The notes beneath the pieces are model-generated. The model worked only from the letters and a program-made list of their open reading frames with translations. It searched no databases and was not told the origin of the DNA. The position numbers were made by a program, and so were the translations under genes. Positions 63,119 through 64,000 of a DNA stretch of 64,000 bases are shown here, one piece after another (position 1 is the stretch's first letter; each line of letters starts with the position of its first letter). Origin of the DNA: Vicinamibacterales bacterium (lineage in GTDB: Bacteria > Acidobacteriota > Vicinamibacteria > Vicinamibacterales > UBA8438); contig CBDCCN010000004.1 in the NCBI GenBank assembly GCA_965214865.1, positions 12,512 through 76,511 of the forward strand, written 5' to 3'.

Positions 63119-63913
63119 TCAGGCTGCCGTGCCGGCGCGCAGGAAATCGGCAAGACAGTCGTCCGGCAGCGGCTCGATCGGCGTGAAGTCGCGGTGGGCG
63201 ATCCACGCGGCGCGCTTGAACCGGCGGATGTGGTTGTCGACGTGACACAGCGAAAGGTAGACGATGCTGCGGCCGAACGGACTGATGTTCGGTGGGCTCG
63301 CGTGCACCAGCGTCGACGCAAAGACGATGATGCTGCCGGCGGGGCCGGTCGGGGCCACGCACCCGCCCTGCTCGGCGAGCCGCGTCACCGTGGCCCGATC
63401 GAGCGTCCAGAGCGGGTAGCTGGTCGTCTCCAGGTCGTGCCCGGCGTCGAACACCCCCTGCTTGTGGCTCCCCGGCAGGAAGAGCAGCGGTCCATTGGCG
63501 GCGGTCACCTCGTCCAGGAACACCGCGACGTTCATGGCGCGCGGCTCCGGCATCTCGTCGTCCCGATGCCATGTGCCGAAGTCCTGGTGCCACTGCCAGA
63601 CCTCGCCGTCGAACGCGGCCTTGGCGTTCACCTTGTACTGGTGCATGTAGACCGGGCCGTCGACGAGCTGCATCACGGGTTCGACCAGGCGCGGGTGGCG
63701 CCCGAGACGGCGGAACGCCTCGTGGTAGGTGTGCGCGGCGAATGCGGTGCGGGCGACGCCGCTCGACTCGCGCCACACCTCCTTGCGATCGAGGGCATAG
63801 ACCTCGTCCGCGGCGGCTCGCAGCAGCGCCGCCTCCGCAGCCGAGAAGCGTGACGGAAAGAAGAGGTAGCCCTGCTCGTCGAACCGTGCGATCTCCGCGG
63901 CGGTCAGCTTCAT
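63119..63913 (-). CDS. PhyH-superfamily Fe(II)/2-oxoglutarate dioxygenase, ectoine hydroxylase (EctD)-like
   Basis: FDEQGYLFF... and WQWHQDFGTWHRDDEMPEPRAMNVAVFLDEVTAANGPLLFLPGSH closely follow the EctD signature (F.WHSDFETWH.EDGMP.MRA...NGPL...PGSH). ATG chosen at 63913. Confidence 0.8.
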   Translation of the reverse strand: MKLTAAEIARFDEQGYLFFPSRFSAAEAALLRAAADEVYALDRKEVWRESSGVARTAFAAHTYHEAFRRLGRHPRLVEPVMQLVDGPVYMHQYKVNAKAAFDGEVWQWHQDFGTWHRDDEMPEPRAMNVAVFLDEVTAANGPLLFLPGSHKQGVFDAGHDLETTSYPLWTLDRATVTRLAEQGGCVAPTGPAGSIIVFASTLVHASPPNISPFGRSIVYLSLCHVDNHIRRFKRAAWIAHRDFTPIEPLPDDCLADFLRAGTAA

Positions 63914-63932
63914 GACGGTTCTCCTCGCACTC

Positions 63933-64000
63933 GCCCGCAAGTCGTCGCCTCGCGGCTCCGCTTGCCGCCCAACCAAACCTCTCCGGGAGTCCGCACCGTT
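63933..64000 (-). repeat. Dispersed palindromic repeat unit (reverse orientation, cut by the window end)
   Basis: GCCCGCAAGTCGTCGCCTCGCGGCTCCGCTTGCCGCCCAACCAAACCTCTCCGGGAGTCCGCACCGTT aligns with unit 2 at 56675-56756. Confidence 0.75.

Overview
Very GC-rich, gene-dense bacterial chromosomal segment; GC and identities were judged by eye, not computed. Two PadR/ADOP-type FtsX permease loci (ADOP is the TIGRFAM 'Acidobacterial duplicated orphan permease' family), DUF5916/CBM9-like proteins and the codon style suggest an Acidobacteriota-like genome, but this is an inference. I support about 55 CDS, 4 tRNAs (His-GTG, Arg-TCG, Arg-CCG, Lys-CTT), several decayed genes and one dispersed repeat family. 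No rRNA, CRISPR array, intact IS or prophage was seen.

Left to right the window holds:
- nadE (5' partial), an SPFH/NfeD pair, and an OPT transporter coupled to a PqqD-like gene
- metF, then two tandem ADOP permeases (only the second has a PadR)
- a CBS protein, two tandem DUF5916-like secreted proteins and a DUF3500 protein
- a GAF-PP2C phosphatase, an NPP phosphodiesterase and an ICL/PrpB-like lyase
- a form-II-type coxSLM cluster, separated by a vapBC cassette from coxD/coxE/coxG
- a six-gene glycan operon with overlapping start/stop codons, joined to coxG
- ku/ligD
- a tRNA-bracketed islet with three tandem secreted paralogs
- a periplasmic enzyme block with two near-duplicate PQQ dehydrogenases
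- an ISNCY-like transposase remnant, a CadC-like regulator and uppS
- a cytochrome c/copper-monooxygenase-like pair, a DUF2272 protein and an EctD-like dioxygenase pair

The observations I rank highest for novelty:
1. The membrane-anchored transferase-sulfotransferase fusion operon (32103-39939).
2. The uncharacterised triplet of secreted two-Cys paralogs between tRNA genes (44117-45567).
3. An ~87-nt palindrome-containing intergenic repeat family present at five or more loci.
4. The cytochrome c/Cu-monooxygenase-like pair (58010-60336).

Many very long ORFs in the supplied track are antisense or off-frame artefacts of the high GC content and were not called.
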